From: Nitrospinota bacterium
Lineage (GTDB): Bacteria > Nitrospinota > Nitrospinia > Nitrospinales > JACRGP01
Reading direction: 5' to 3'
NCBI GenBank assembly: GCA_016207065.1
Contig: JACQQK010000149.1
Location: forward strand, 1 to 63,114
DNA length: 63,114 nt
The first letter of the stretch is position 1, and the number at the start of each line of letters is the position of its first letter. Shown here one piece after another: positions 6,489 to 16,044 of this stretch. A model generated the notes under the pieces. That model was not told the DNA's origin, searched no databases, and saw only the letters and a list, made by a program, of their open reading frames with translations. The position numbers and the translations under genes are program-made.

Positions 6489-8636
6489 CTACAGTTGCCG
6501 CAGGGTTTTCCACAGTCCTTTTTTCTCGCTGGGCGAAGGGGAAAGGCCGGCGAAGCGGAGTCGCTCGTACAGGCCGGTTATCTCCTGGACCAGTTGCCGT
6601 TTCTCGGGGGGCAGGGGCTCCAGATGATCAAGGAACTCCCGGTGCGTCCAGTTCGGGCGCTTGCGCAGGCCGGACTTCTCCAGTTTCCGCAACATCGCGG
6701 CGTACAGGGCGACGGCAAAGGGGGGTCGAGAGGCGGCGGACCCCGGCCGCCATGGAACCCTGGCCCACAACGCGGCCAACGCGACGGTCAAGGCGACAGC
6801 GAGGGCATAGCCCCGGTTATCGCGGAGAAATTGCGCGGCGTTCTTCCAGGCGTCCGGCCTCAACGATTTGACTTTGTGGAGCAGGTCGCGTCCGCTCCGG
6901 CCGAACCAGTTGTACATGCGCACCTGGTCGTGCACGGAGTAGCGGATGACGTAGCGTTGCCAGTTCAGGCGGAGCAGGTCGAGGGCACGGGTTACGGGGT
7001 TGTTCAACTGGGTCGCCCGGGCCAGCGGGTCGGGCGGGGTGGGGTCGTAAACGGCCCAGCCTTTTCCCGGTATAAAGGCCTCGACCCAGGAGTGGGCGTG
7101 GCTCTGGCGGACGATCAAGTAGTTCCCCAGTTCGTTCCATTCCCCTCCGGCAAAACCGTTGACAAGACGGGCGGGGACCCCCGCGGAGCGCAAAAGGACG
7201 ACCATGGCCGAGGCGAAATATTCGCAATGCCCCTTCTTGCGGTCGAACAGGAACTCGTCCAGGCCGGGCTTCATGGTCTCCTTGACCATGTCGAGGGAAT
7301 ACTGGAAATTCCCGGCGAAATGATTCAGTATCTTTTCGGCCTTGGCCGATGGGGTTTGCGCGGACCGCGTCAGGTCGCCGGCCAATTGAGCGATGCGCGG
7401 GCCCAGGCCCTCCGGCAACTGGAGGAACCGGCCCATGAACTCCGGCTCGGCGGGCCCCGGAGAAATCAGGTCGATGTTGACGTCGGGATGCCCGATTTCC
7501 GACCGCATGATGAACTTTTTGGGGCCGTACGGGCTTCCCAACAGTCGCAGGACGAAGCTTTGGTCCATTTCCAGCCCGCGGAAATTGCCGTCGATGAACG
7601 CCGGGACGCCGTGCGTGAACACGATGTCCGAATCGAAGGACTCGACGAAAACCTCCTGCTCCATCATTTCCGACGGAGGATCGACCACGAAGAGGTCGAT
7701 CCCCACGCCCGCCCTGTTGCGGGCCTGCCATTCCGTCGGCGCGGTCGCGGTCCATGACTGGCCGTCGTAATGGTCCAGGGCCACCCCCCGCCACAGGATC
7801 CTGGACCTGGGCCGGTAGCTTTTCCCGTCGCGCCGGTACTCCACGCGCATGACCACTTCCGGGTTGAGCTTGATCCTGCCGACGTCGCCCAGGGTGACGG
7901 TCTCGGAAAACCCGCTGATGGGCGAGGACCGGGCGTTCAACGCCAAAACGCCCAGGCTCAACCGCGGGAAGCTGACGAAGATGACGGACGTGAGGACGAG
8001 GCTGAGGGCCACGAGCCCGGCGGACAACCCGAACAGCGAGGCCCCGGCCGTTTCGTTCTCCCCGATGCGTTTGAACCGCGACGGCGGACAATGGCTTCCC
8101 CCGCGTTCCACCATCATGTTGTAAAAGATCAGGCTCCAGCAGAGGACCAGGTAGAACGACAGGAAGATGAAGGCGAACGCCAGGTCGCGGATGTAGATGG
8201 CCCCCAGCAGAAGGCAGATGACGGCGAGCAGATAGCTGTAGAGATAGTCGTTGAGTTCGGTCTTGAAAATGAACCGGGAGAAAAAAAGGACGGTCAAAAA
8301 CCCCACCACCAGTTCGACCAGGGGCAGGTTGAAACCGAAATACAAAACCGGCAGGATGAAAAACCCCCACTTCGACAGCGAGAACCCGGCGAGGGGCTCG
8401 ATGGGGATCTTCCGTTTGGTTTCGAGGACGAAACACGCGCCCAGCAGGACCGCCAGAGCGATATTGACCGTCTCCGGCATGATCTCGCTCATCGTCAGGC
8501 TCGACAGACCGATGGCCCCCAACGCATAGTTGAACAGGACAAAGCAGGAGCGGAGCTTGATCCCCCGCGCGGGATGGGAAAACGTTCTGGCGGCGTTAAA
8601 GAATCCAGTCGGCATTGGAAACTCGTTTCTGGGCAT
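6489..8636 (-). CDS. Transglutaminase-like membrane protein (TgpA-like: N-terminal multi-TM region, transglutaminase core, C-terminal TM/DUF4129-like tail)
   Basis: About 6 N-terminal TM helices. The core reads KKGHCEYFASAMVVLLRSAGVPARLVNGF...HAHSWVEAF..GWAVYDPT (Cys-His-Asp). The alternative start is MPTGFF at 8615. Confidence 0.85.
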   Translation of the reverse strand: MPRNEFPMPTGFFNAARTFSHPARGIKLRSCFVLFNYALGAIGLSSLTMSEIMPETVNIALAVLLGACFVLETKRKIPIEPLAGFSLSKWGFFILPVLYFGFNLPLVELVVGFLTVLFFSRFIFKTELNDYLYSYLLAVICLLLGAIYIRDLAFAFIFLSFYLVLCWSLIFYNMMVERGGSHCPPSRFKRIGENETAGASLFGLSAGLVALSLVLTSVIFVSFPRLSLGVLALNARSSPISGFSETVTLGDVGRIKLNPEVVMRVEYRRDGKSYRPRSRILWRGVALDHYDGQSWTATAPTEWQARNRAGVGIDLFVVDPPSEMMEQEVFVESFDSDIVFTHGVPAFIDGNFRGLEMDQSFVLRLLGSPYGPKKFIMRSEIGHPDVNIDLISPGPAEPEFMGRFLQLPEGLGPRIAQLAGDLTRSAQTPSAKAEKILNHFAGNFQYSLDMVKETMKPGLDEFLFDRKKGHCEYFASAMVVLLRSAGVPARLVNGFAGGEWNELGNYLIVRQSHAHSWVEAFIPGKGWAVYDPTPPDPLARATQLNNPVTRALDLLRLNWQRYVIRYSVHDQVRMYNWFGRSGRDLLHKVKSLRPDAWKNAAQFLRDNRGYALAVALTVALAALWARVPWRPGSAASRPPFAVALYAAMLRKLEKSGLRKRPNWTHREFLDHLEPLPPEKRQLVQEITGLYERLRFAGLSPSPSEKKGLWKTLRQL

Positions 8637-8682
8637 TCATGCCGGGATAACCCGGATATTACATGAGCAAAAGAATAGGATC

Positions 8683-8800
8683 GCTCCCCCTTGCAAAATC
8701 CCCCCTCGCCCTCCTTTGTCAAAGGGGGGATGGGGGGATTTGAAACTCCTGGTCGCGGTCATGGCACGAATCCCCCTGGCCCCCTTTACAAGGGGGGATG
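8683..8800. mobile_element. MITE-like repeat, family A (short form)
   Basis: Left end cctcctttgtcaaaggggggatggggggatttgaaa, right end gaatccccctggccccctttacaagggggg. The ends are inverted repeats of each other and each contains a CCCCC..GGGGG hairpin. Confidence 0.7.
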
Positions 8801-9131
8801 AAGCAAAGACGCTTTTTGCGCCGGGTATTTACGTTTTCCAAAAGATCGGCAAAGCCCCCCGTTCCCAAAACTCGAAACGTCTCCTTGGGACATTCGCTCG
8901 TGCAATATCCGGGACAAGTCGGGGTAACTCCCCGTGACCCTTTTATTGTAACTTCATTGTACCGGGATTTGCCGTCAAAAAAAAAACAAGCCCGTCAAGG
9001 TCCTCTCCGGCCCGTTTACGGTTGCGGAGGACGTTTTTGTTTTTTTACTTTTTGGGCGATAAACGGTACACTTGCGGAAGGTTTCATTTCAGGGCGTTGC
9101 GTCAATATCGCGGCAATCGATAAAATCCCCC

Positions 9132-9959
9132 ATGGACGTCAATACCATCCGATTCTCCGTTTTTCTAGGGGTATTCCTGATCATGTTGCTCCTGGAGCGG
9201 TTGGTCCCGCGTCATCCCCTGGTGGATTCGAAACCCCGCCGGCTGGCGATCAACCTGGCGATCACTGGGCTGGACATCCTCGCGGTGCGTCTGGCGTTCG
9301 GCGCCGCCGCCGTCGGCGCGGCCCAGTTCGCCCAGGAAAAAGGCTGGGGCCTGCTCAATTACTGGGACCTCCCCGCCTGGTTTGAATTCCTCCTCGCGCT
9401 CGTCTTTCTCGACCTGATGATTTATATCCAGCATGTCGTGGTCCACATGGTCCCCTTCTTCTGGCGGTTTCACGTGGTGCACCATTCCGACCTGGACCTC
9501 GACGTGTCCTCGGGACTGCGTTTCCACCCCGTCGAAATCCTGGGCTCCATGCTCTACAAGGCGGGGTTGGTCCTGCTCCTGGGCCCGGCGCCGCTCGCGG
9601 CGATGACGTTCGAGGCGGTCCTCAACGGCATGTCGCAATTCACCCATTCCAACATCCGCCTGCCCGCGCCCCTGGACAACGCCTTGCGCTGGGCGTTCGT
9701 GACGCCGGACATGCACCGGATCCACCACTCGGTCGAGGCGCGCGAAACCAATTCCAATTTCGGCTTCAACCTTTCGATCTGGGACCGTCTGCTGGGCACC
9801 TACATCCACGACGCCGCGAAACCGCAACCGGAGATCGTCATCGGCGTCGAATTTTTCCGGAAGCCCGGGGACGTTTCGTTCCTCAATCTGATGACCATGC
9901 CGTTCCGCGACAACATCACGCAAGCGTACACCAACTCCCCGAGGTCGCGGAGGGGTTAA
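9132..9959 (+). CDS. Fatty acid hydroxylase / sterol desaturase family membrane protein
   Basis: Histidine boxes HVVVH, HVVHH and HRIHH in a polytopic membrane context. I preferred ATG 9132 over the TTG 9072 given in the track. Confidence 0.8.
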   Translation: MDVNTIRFSVFLGVFLIMLLLERLVPRHPLVDSKPRRLAINLAITGLDILAVRLAFGAAAVGAAQFAQEKGWGLLNYWDLPAWFEFLLALVFLDLMIYIQHVVVHMVPFFWRFHVVHHSDLDLDVSSGLRFHPVEILGSMLYKAGLVLLLGPAPLAAMTFEAVLNGMSQFTHSNIRLPAPLDNALRWAFVTPDMHRIHHSVEARETNSNFGFNLSIWDRLLGTYIHDAAKPQPEIVIGVEFFRKPGDVSFLNLMTMPFRDNITQAYTNSPRSRRG

Positions 9960-9987
9960 CGCCAGAACGCCTTACCATGGAGACCGC

Positions 9988-11421
9988 ATGACTACGCCGC
10001 CCCGATTGACCAAGATCATCGCCACGCTGGGCCCCGCCACCGCCAGCAGAAAAGGCATAAAGGAACTGGCCGCCGCCGGGGTCAACGTGTTCCGGATGAA
10101 CCTTTCCCACGGACGCCACGACCTGCTCCGCCAATGGATCTCGTGGGTGCGGCAGGCGGAGAAGGAGTCGAGGACCCACCTGGGAGTCCTTCTGGACCTG
10201 CAGGGGCCCAAAATCCGCGTCGGAAAGTTCGAGAACGGTTTCATCGAGTTGCACCGCGGCGACCATGTGCGGTTCACGACCGAAAAAGTGACCGGCCGGG
10301 ACGGCCTGATTCACGTCCAGTACCGCAATTTCCACAAAGAGGTGCGGGTGGGAAGCCGGGTCTATCTGGACGACGGCAATATTTGCGTCCATGTGACCGA
10401 GGTCAACGGCAGGGAGGTGGCCGCCAAGGTCGAGGCGGGAGGAAGCCTTTCCAACTTCAAGGGGCTCAACATGCCCGACGCGGCGATCTCCGCCAGCCCG
10501 CTGACCGCCAAGGACAAGCGCGACCTGGCGTTCGGCCTGGCGGAGGGCGTCGATTTCGTGGCCCTGTCCTTCGCCAGCTCGGCCCGCGACATCCATCAGC
10601 TCCGGCGGTTGATCCGCAACGCGGGCGGCGACGCCGAGATCGTCGCCAAGATCGAGCGCAAGAAGGCCGTCGAGAACCTGGAGGAGATCGTGGAGGCTTC
10701 CGACGCCGTCATGGTCGCCCGGGGCGACCTGGGGATCGAGATCCACCTGGCCGAGGTCCCCATCGTCCAGCAGAACATCATGCGTCTGTGCGCCGTGCAT
10801 TGCAAGCCCGTGATCGTGGCGACGCAGATGCTGGAATCGATGATCTCCAACCGGCGGCCGACCCGCGCCGAGGTCTCGGACATCGCCCAGGCGGTGATGA
10901 ACTGCGCCGACGCCATCATGCTGTCGGCGGAGACCGCCGTCGGCAAATATCCCGACGCCGCCGTGTCGGTCATGTCCGAGACCGCGCGCAAGATGGAGGC
11001 GTATCAGCGCCAGCACCAGCGGATCCTGCCGTGGAGCTGGTACTTCAAGGAAGACCCGCCGATCAACCTCGGCATCACCTACTCGGCGAACCGCATGGTG
11101 GAACTGTTGAACGCCAAGGCCCTGATCATCTTCACCCTCACGGGGGGGACGGCGCGGCAGGTTTCCGGCCCGCGCCCCATGGTCCCGATCTTCTCCTTCA
11201 CCTCCGACCCGCGGCGGGCGCGGAAGCTGACCCTGCTCCGCGGCGCCGTGCCGTTCCTGTGGAAGCAGAAACGCGACTTCTCGGAGGACGTGGCGACGGT
11301 CTTCCGCATCCTGAAACGCCGCAACCTTCTCGAAAAAGGCGACCGGGCGATCATTACCTCCGGCATCCCGATCGGCATCCCGCAATGGACCAACGTGATC
11401 CGCGTGGAAAAAACGCCGTGA
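9988..11421 (+). CDS. pyk: Pyruvate kinase
   Basis: TKIIATLGPAT...GVNVFRMNLSHG...LLDLQGPKIRVG...VARGDLGIEI...VATQMLESM...RAEVSDIAQAV..GADAIMLSAETA; 477 aa. Confidence 0.95.
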   Translation: MTTPPRLTKIIATLGPATASRKGIKELAAAGVNVFRMNLSHGRHDLLRQWISWVRQAEKESRTHLGVLLDLQGPKIRVGKFENGFIELHRGDHVRFTTEKVTGRDGLIHVQYRNFHKEVRVGSRVYLDDGNICVHVTEVNGREVAAKVEAGGSLSNFKGLNMPDAAISASPLTAKDKRDLAFGLAEGVDFVALSFASSARDIHQLRRLIRNAGGDAEIVAKIERKKAVENLEEIVEASDAVMVARGDLGIEIHLAEVPIVQQNIMRLCAVHCKPVIVATQMLESMISNRRPTRAEVSDIAQAVMNCADAIMLSAETAVGKYPDAAVSVMSETARKMEAYQRQHQRILPWSWYFKEDPPINLGITYSANRMVELLNAKALIIFTLTGGTARQVSGPRPMVPIFSFTSDPRRARKLTLLRGAVPFLWKQKRDFSEDVATVFRILKRRNLLEKGDRAIITSGIPIGIPQWTNVIRVEKTP

Positions 11422-11489
11422 CCGGGACAAAGGCCGTCCGCGATTTATTTTTAACCCTTTTCCGGGATTGTTGATAGAATTCCCATTAC

Positions 11490-11699
11490 ATGTCCCCCCG
11501 CTACTACCTGATATCCGCGATCGTGGTTTTCGTGTTGACCGCCGTCATCAGCGCGGCGACGCAAAAGCGGACGGCGAAGGAAATCCTCATGGTCCTCTGT
11601 TGGGTGGTCTCGGGTCTCTTCCTGATTGTCGGCGCCCTGGTGGGGATCGTCCAGGCGCTGGCGATGTTGGGGATAGCGGAATCGGGTTATTTTTTTTGA
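11490..11699 (+). CDS. Small membrane protein (2 TM), hypothetical
   Basis: Two clear hydrophobic helices and an ATG start. No strong RBS and no family recognised. Confidence 0.35.
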   Translation: MSPRYYLISAIVVFVLTAVISAATQKRTAKEILMVLCWVVSGLFLIVGALVGIVQALAMLGIAESGYFF

Positions 11700-11731
11700 A
11701 AAAGGCCCGCGCAAAAGGCGTCTGTGTTTTA

Positions 11732-11910
11732 TTCCCCCTTGCACAAAGGGGGTCAGGGGGATTTGAAATCCCCATTCGCGCCAGCGTGCCGCTGGACCCA
11801 ACAGGCTTGAATCGGACGGCGAGCGGCGATCATCGAGGGCAATTTGGACCGCGCCAATCCGCCTTTATGTCGAGTAGCGCGAATCCCCCCAGCCCCCTTT
11901 ACCAGGGGGA
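11732..11910. mobile_element. MITE-like repeat, family A (long form, about 180 bp)
   Basis: Colinear with 51569-51741 and highly similar by eye (not computed). It has the same terminal hairpin modules plus a shared core ...cgcgccagcg..cgctgg.cccaacaggcttga.tcgga.ggcg...cgtcgagggcaat... Confidence 0.75.
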
Positions 11911-11932
11911 GAAAAAACATTGAGGAGGTTTT

Positions 11933-12151
11933 ATGGAATTGACCCCGACCGTGGCGCTGGTCTTGTTTTTGGCGTTCCTGGCGATGTCGTTTTTCATGGG
12001 GATGATGATCCACTCCGCCTTCGTCTACGAAGACAAGAACAACTTGAAGAAGGACAGCAAGAAGGCGTGGGTATTGTGCATGTCCGCCGGGCTGGGCATC
12101 ATGTTCTGGATTTTCCTCTACGGCTACTACGCCAACTTCCACCACAAGTGA
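11933..12151 (+). CDS. Small membrane protein (2-3 TM), hypothetical
   Basis: Strong GAGGAGG 5-11 nt upstream of the ATG, and hydrophobic helices (VALVLFLAFLAMSFFMGMMI, VLCMSAGLGIMFWIFLYGYY). Confidence 0.55.
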   Translation: MELTPTVALVLFLAFLAMSFFMGMMIHSAFVYEDKNNLKKDSKKAWVLCMSAGLGIMFWIFLYGYYANFHHK

Positions 12152-12235
12152 TCCCGTCCCGGAGCGTATTTCCTCACAACAGGCGGACTCCTTTGATATA
12201 ATAAAAACATTCAAAATATAACCCGTTGCCGAATA

Positions 12236-14818
12236 ATGCCTTTTCCTAACTTGTTCTTGCGGAGACTCACAGGGCTCGTTTTTCTTTTATTTCTGGCAAA
12301 CCCCTCGATTTCCGCGGGGGAGGCGCCCCGGAACCACGCGATTCCGGAGTCCCTCCAATCCATCCCTTCGCGGACCGACGAACAGATCGACCTTGCCGAA
12401 GTCTTGTTGCGGGTTTCCAAGGAGTGGAACCCTTCCTTGAACCTTGAGCCCTACCGGGCCAGGCTGAATCAATTGACGGAAAAAGTCAGAAGCGGGATCG
12501 CCGGGAAGACGTCGCCCGACGCCGTCGTCGCGATCCTGAAGCAGATCGTCCACAAGGACGAGGGTTACGGCTACACGGACAAGGTGGACCAGGACGGCAT
12601 CCCGCTCGACCCCTCGGAAATTTTCCTGCACGGCCTGCTGGATTCCCGCAAGGGCTATTGCATGAACCTTTCGTTCCTGTACCTCATCGTCGCCGACCGG
12701 CTGGACCTGCCCCTGCGCGGCGTGGCCCTGCCCAACCATTTCTTCGCGCGTTACGAGTCGGGACCGGCGCGCATCAACATCGAAACGACGGAGTCCGGCG
12801 CGTCTTTCCCGGACGCCTTTTATCACGACCGCTTTGGGATTCCCCAGAATCCGCCCCCGGTTTTTTACATGAAGAGCCTAGGGAAGAAACAGTCGTTGGG
12901 CTCCTATTTTTCCAACGTCGGGATGGCTTTTTACAGGAAATCCCAACCCGGCAAGGCCGTCTCGTACCTGGAGCTTTCCGCCAAGATCAATCCCGAATCG
13001 ACCGAGGCCCGGAACAATCTGGGCAACATCTATTCCGAGATGAAGAAGTACAAGGCGGCCATCGACCAATATCTTCTGGCCCTGAAAGCCAACCCGGACG
13101 ACATGGCGACCCTGTTTAACCTGGGCATCGCCTATTCCGAGTCCGGGGACCAAAAGAAGGCCATCGAGGCGTTCCTGCAGGCGGCCCAACTGGACCCGGA
13201 CTACATCCCGGCGCATCGTTCCCTGGCCCAGCTTTACCTCGACCAGAAGAAATACATTTCCGCCCTTCTGCATTTGCAGAAGCTGGTCGATCTGGACCCG
13301 CAAAATCTTCAAAGCCATCTGAACATGGCGTCGGCTTACCTGCTCCAGGGCAATTTCGACCTGGCGCTGGAAACCGCGGCCCGCGCGAAGGCGATGTTCC
13401 CGGAGAACCCGGAAGTCCTGGCAAAGCTGGCGGAGATCAGTTACCGGAAGGGCAACCTGGACACGGCCATCAATCAATACCGGTACCTCATCGAATACCA
13501 TCCCGAGCGCCTGGACGCCTATATTCAACTGGGATGGACTTACTACAAGAAGGGCGATATGAAGATGGCCATTTCCTGGACCCGGCGCGGCTTGTCCAAG
13601 GCCAGGGAACCGGCCCGGTTCGCCGCGTTGGCCTGGATGAACCTCGGCCTGTATCATCTGCTGGAAAAAAACTTCGCCGAGGCCGAAACCTGGTACCAAA
13701 AGGCCTTGTCGTCCGGAAATTCCGCTTCGCTGGACGGGATGATCAAGGACTTGGAGGAAGCCTCGGGGAAATTCCCCCAGGTCCCCGAAGTGGATTATTT
13801 CGCCGGCTGGTTGTTTTACGAGTCCGGGCAGAAGGAAAAAGCCGGACCGTTCCTCGGCCGGTACCTGCAACGGGGGGAAGACGCCCCGTTGGCCGGAAAA
13901 GCGCGGGACCTGCTTGCCCGCCTGCACGGCAAAAACGACGCCTCCCCCGCGCCCAAGTTCAGCGCCGCGCCGGATTCCGGGCAAAACCCCGGCGCGAAAA
14001 TCCCCGACGGGATGGCGAAAGTGCCCGCCGGATTTTTCTACATGGGCTCGAACGGCAAGGGGGACGACGAACGGCCGGAGCACAAGGTCTTTCTAGACGA
14101 TTATTTCATCGACAAATATGAAGTCAGCGCCGGGGAGTACGCGGAATTTTTGAACGCCGTCGGCAACGCCAAGAGATATTACCTGGACAACAAGTTCGGC
14201 CCGCTGGAATACGCGGGAACGTTCCGCGCGCTGGCCGGGCTGGAATCGTTTCCGGTAAACAACGTTTCGTGGTACGGCGCCGACGCCTATTGTCAGTGGA
14301 AGAACAAGCGCCTTCCCACCGAGGCGGAGTGGGAGAAAGCCGCCCGCGGGATCGACCGGAGGATTTATCCCTGGGGGAACGCCCCGCCGGATCCCGGCCT
14401 CGCCCGGCACAAGCAAGTGTGGACGGAGGAAATCCAGTATAAAGTGATGGTCCCCGTCGATTCCCTGCCCGAGGGGAAAAGCGAATACGGGGTTTTTCAC
14501 ATGGCCGGAAACGTGAAAGAATGGGTGGAAGATTGGTACGATAGGGAGTATTATTCCGAATATGAGGCCCAGCTCAATCCCCGCGGCCCCGTTGGCGGGG
14601 AGTTTAAAGTAATCAAAGGCGGTTCGTGGCGAGACCTGCCGGGGTTCATCTATTCTTCATTCAGAAACAACAGCTACCCGCAGACCCGGTTGGACGATTA
14701 CGGTTTTCGTTGCGCCAAGAGCGAAAAGGAAGTTTCCGGCCCGGAAAAACTGATCCGCTTGGAGGAAAAACGGGGCCCGGAAAATCCCGGCGCCCGCTTT
14801 GTTCGCATGAGGCGATAG
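12236..14818 (+). CDS. Secreted tri-domain protein: transglutaminase-like (SirB1-type) N-domain, TPR array, C-terminal FGE-sulfatase (SUMF1-like) domain
   Basis: N-domain: RKGYCMNLSFLYLIVADRLDLPLRGVALPNHFFARYE. The middle holds about 9 TPR units. C-domain: MAKVPAGFFYMGS..ERPEHKVFLDDYFIDKYEVS..YCQWKNKRLPTEAEWEKAARG..GNVKEWVEDWY..VIKGGSW..GFRC. Confidence 0.8.
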   Translation: MPFPNLFLRRLTGLVFLLFLANPSISAGEAPRNHAIPESLQSIPSRTDEQIDLAEVLLRVSKEWNPSLNLEPYRARLNQLTEKVRSGIAGKTSPDAVVAILKQIVHKDEGYGYTDKVDQDGIPLDPSEIFLHGLLDSRKGYCMNLSFLYLIVADRLDLPLRGVALPNHFFARYESGPARINIETTESGASFPDAFYHDRFGIPQNPPPVFYMKSLGKKQSLGSYFSNVGMAFYRKSQPGKAVSYLELSAKINPESTEARNNLGNIYSEMKKYKAAIDQYLLALKANPDDMATLFNLGIAYSESGDQKKAIEAFLQAAQLDPDYIPAHRSLAQLYLDQKKYISALLHLQKLVDLDPQNLQSHLNMASAYLLQGNFDLALETAARAKAMFPENPEVLAKLAEISYRKGNLDTAINQYRYLIEYHPERLDAYIQLGWTYYKKGDMKMAISWTRRGLSKAREPARFAALAWMNLGLYHLLEKNFAEAETWYQKALSSGNSASLDGMIKDLEEASGKFPQVPEVDYFAGWLFYESGQKEKAGPFLGRYLQRGEDAPLAGKARDLLARLHGKNDASPAPKFSAAPDSGQNPGAKIPDGMAKVPAGFFYMGSNGKGDDERPEHKVFLDDYFIDKYEVSAGEYAEFLNAVGNAKRYYLDNKFGPLEYAGTFRALAGLESFPVNNVSWYGADAYCQWKNKRLPTEAEWEKAARGIDRRIYPWGNAPPDPGLARHKQVWTEEIQYKVMVPVDSLPEGKSEYGVFHMAGNVKEWVEDWYDREYYSEYEAQLNPRGPVGGEFKVIKGGSWRDLPGFIYSSFRNNSYPQTRLDDYGFRCAKSEKEVSGPEKLIRLEEKRGPENPGARFVRMRR

Positions 14819-14821
14819 CTT

Positions 14822-15091
14822 ATGTTTGGAGCGATGGAAATATTGATGATCGCGATTATTTTCGGGATCATCTACGGCCGGGACGCCATCGACAGGACGT
14901 TCCGGAAAAACCCCGACGAGGGGACGGTGGAAAGCCTTGCCTGGGACATCCGGGACTATTACAAGGAAAATCCCAAACGCGTGACCCTGATGATCGTCGG
15001 CATCGTCCTGGCGGTGGCGCTGTCCACGTTCGGGGTGTACTGGGTGGTCGCCAAGACCAAATTCCTCCGGAGCATAGGTCTCCAATACTGA
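14822..15091 (+). CDS. Small membrane protein (2 TM), hypothetical
   Basis: The ATG is 4 nt after the upstream stop codon. There are N- and C-terminal hydrophobic helices. Confidence 0.4.
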   Translation: MFGAMEILMIAIIFGIIYGRDAIDRTFRKNPDEGTVESLAWDIRDYYKENPKRVTLMIVGIVLAVALSTFGVYWVVAKTKFLRSIGLQY

Positions 15092-15190
15092 ACCGGAAGC
15101 CCCGGTTGCGCCTGCCTGTAGATTGACTTTTCCCGCTTTTCAGCGTGGGTTCCCCCCTGTTACAAACGCCCGGATTGCCCTTGATGACGC

Positions 15191-16036
15191 TCATTCGCCA
15201 TTTGAGTCAGGCCCGTTGGCTCCGGCGGCGCGCCGGTCGGCGAACGCATGGGGATTCCTGATTTTGTAAACGACCGTAGCCAGGATCGACAGACTGATCG
15301 CCGTCCCGCAGATTCCCAATAGAATTTCCCCGATATAAAACGTGACGGCCAGGTTGAACGCCAGGACGCCGAAATAGATCCCCGGCCCGAACAACGCCTT
15401 CCCCGGGACGTCCCTCATCCCCGCGTCCTTGAAATCCGGCAGGTCCTCCAGCCAGCCGTTCACCCTTGAGAAACAATACAGGATGGCCGTCCCCACCAGG
15501 AACCAGCCGGCGAAATTGGTCAACGGGATGTGAAAATATTCTCCCTCTTCCTTGTAGGTATAGATTTTTCCCAGGAACCAGCGGTCCCCGTGGAACGCCA
15601 CCGGGTCGATGATCACGTCCAGGAGCATGAACAAGACCGCTCCGGTCAAGACGGTCCGCAAGGAAGACTTGACCGGCCCGGTTTCCACGACGCGAATTTC
15701 CCGGCCATTTATTTTCAGAGGCGAGTGGAGCAGGAGGCTCACCGTATAACTGACGTAGGACAAGAACGTGTAGGACAGGGAATCCATGAAAGGGACGTTG
15801 GAGATCCACAGCTCCTGACCGCGGGTGGTCTCGATATAGCTGTAAAACCCGTAGGGGAAGCCGTTGCGCGTGGAGGAATATTCCGATAAAAAGGCGATCG
15901 CGTAAGCCAGGACCGTGAACACGACCGAGCGGACGACGCCCATGTCGAGGACCGCCACGGCCAGATAAAACGCGAGGAAAATAAAAACATAGGGGCGCAG
16001 TAAGACCGTGGCGTACAGAAGCGTCAAGAACTCCAT
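15191..16036 (-). CDS. Polytopic membrane protein of the 'carotenoid biosynthesis protein' family (DUF422/CruF-like); tentative
   Basis: About 7 TM helices. NGFPYGFYSYIETTRGQELWISNVPFMDSLSY and DPVAFHGDRWFLGKIY resemble my recollection of PF04240. It starts 9 nt after the upstream epimerase stop. Confidence 0.5.
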   Translation of the reverse strand: MEFLTLLYATVLLRPYVFIFLAFYLAVAVLDMGVVRSVVFTVLAYAIAFLSEYSSTRNGFPYGFYSYIETTRGQELWISNVPFMDSLSYTFLSYVSYTVSLLLHSPLKINGREIRVVETGPVKSSLRTVLTGAVLFMLLDVIIDPVAFHGDRWFLGKIYTYKEEGEYFHIPLTNFAGWFLVGTAILYCFSRVNGWLEDLPDFKDAGMRDVPGKALFGPGIYFGVLAFNLAVTFYIGEILLGICGTAISLSILATVVYKIRNPHAFADRRAAGANGPDSNGE

Positions 16037-16044
16037 GACCGGTT

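Noticed and set aside
6360-8666. ORFs 6360..7757(+), 6817..8436(-) and 7770..8666(+) overlapping the transglutaminase gene.
   Set aside because: They are shadow frames. The 715-aa frame has TM helices and a Cys-His-Asp transglutaminase core.
8495-8937. Short ORFs translated from repeat elements (e.g. 8495..8722, 8530..8937, 11587..11775, 51343..51692, 25046..25576, 20473..21189), giving peptides such as ..PPLSKGGWGDL.. or ..PAKAGIQ...
   Set aside because: They are encoded by dispersed palindromic repeats that occur in both orientations and in several frames. These are repeat artefacts, not genes.
9916-11474. ORFs 9916..11430(-) 504 aa and 10134..11474(+) 446 aa over pyruvate kinase.
   Set aside because: The pyruvate kinase frame is unambiguous. 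The alternatives are low-complexity R/G/P/D sequence.
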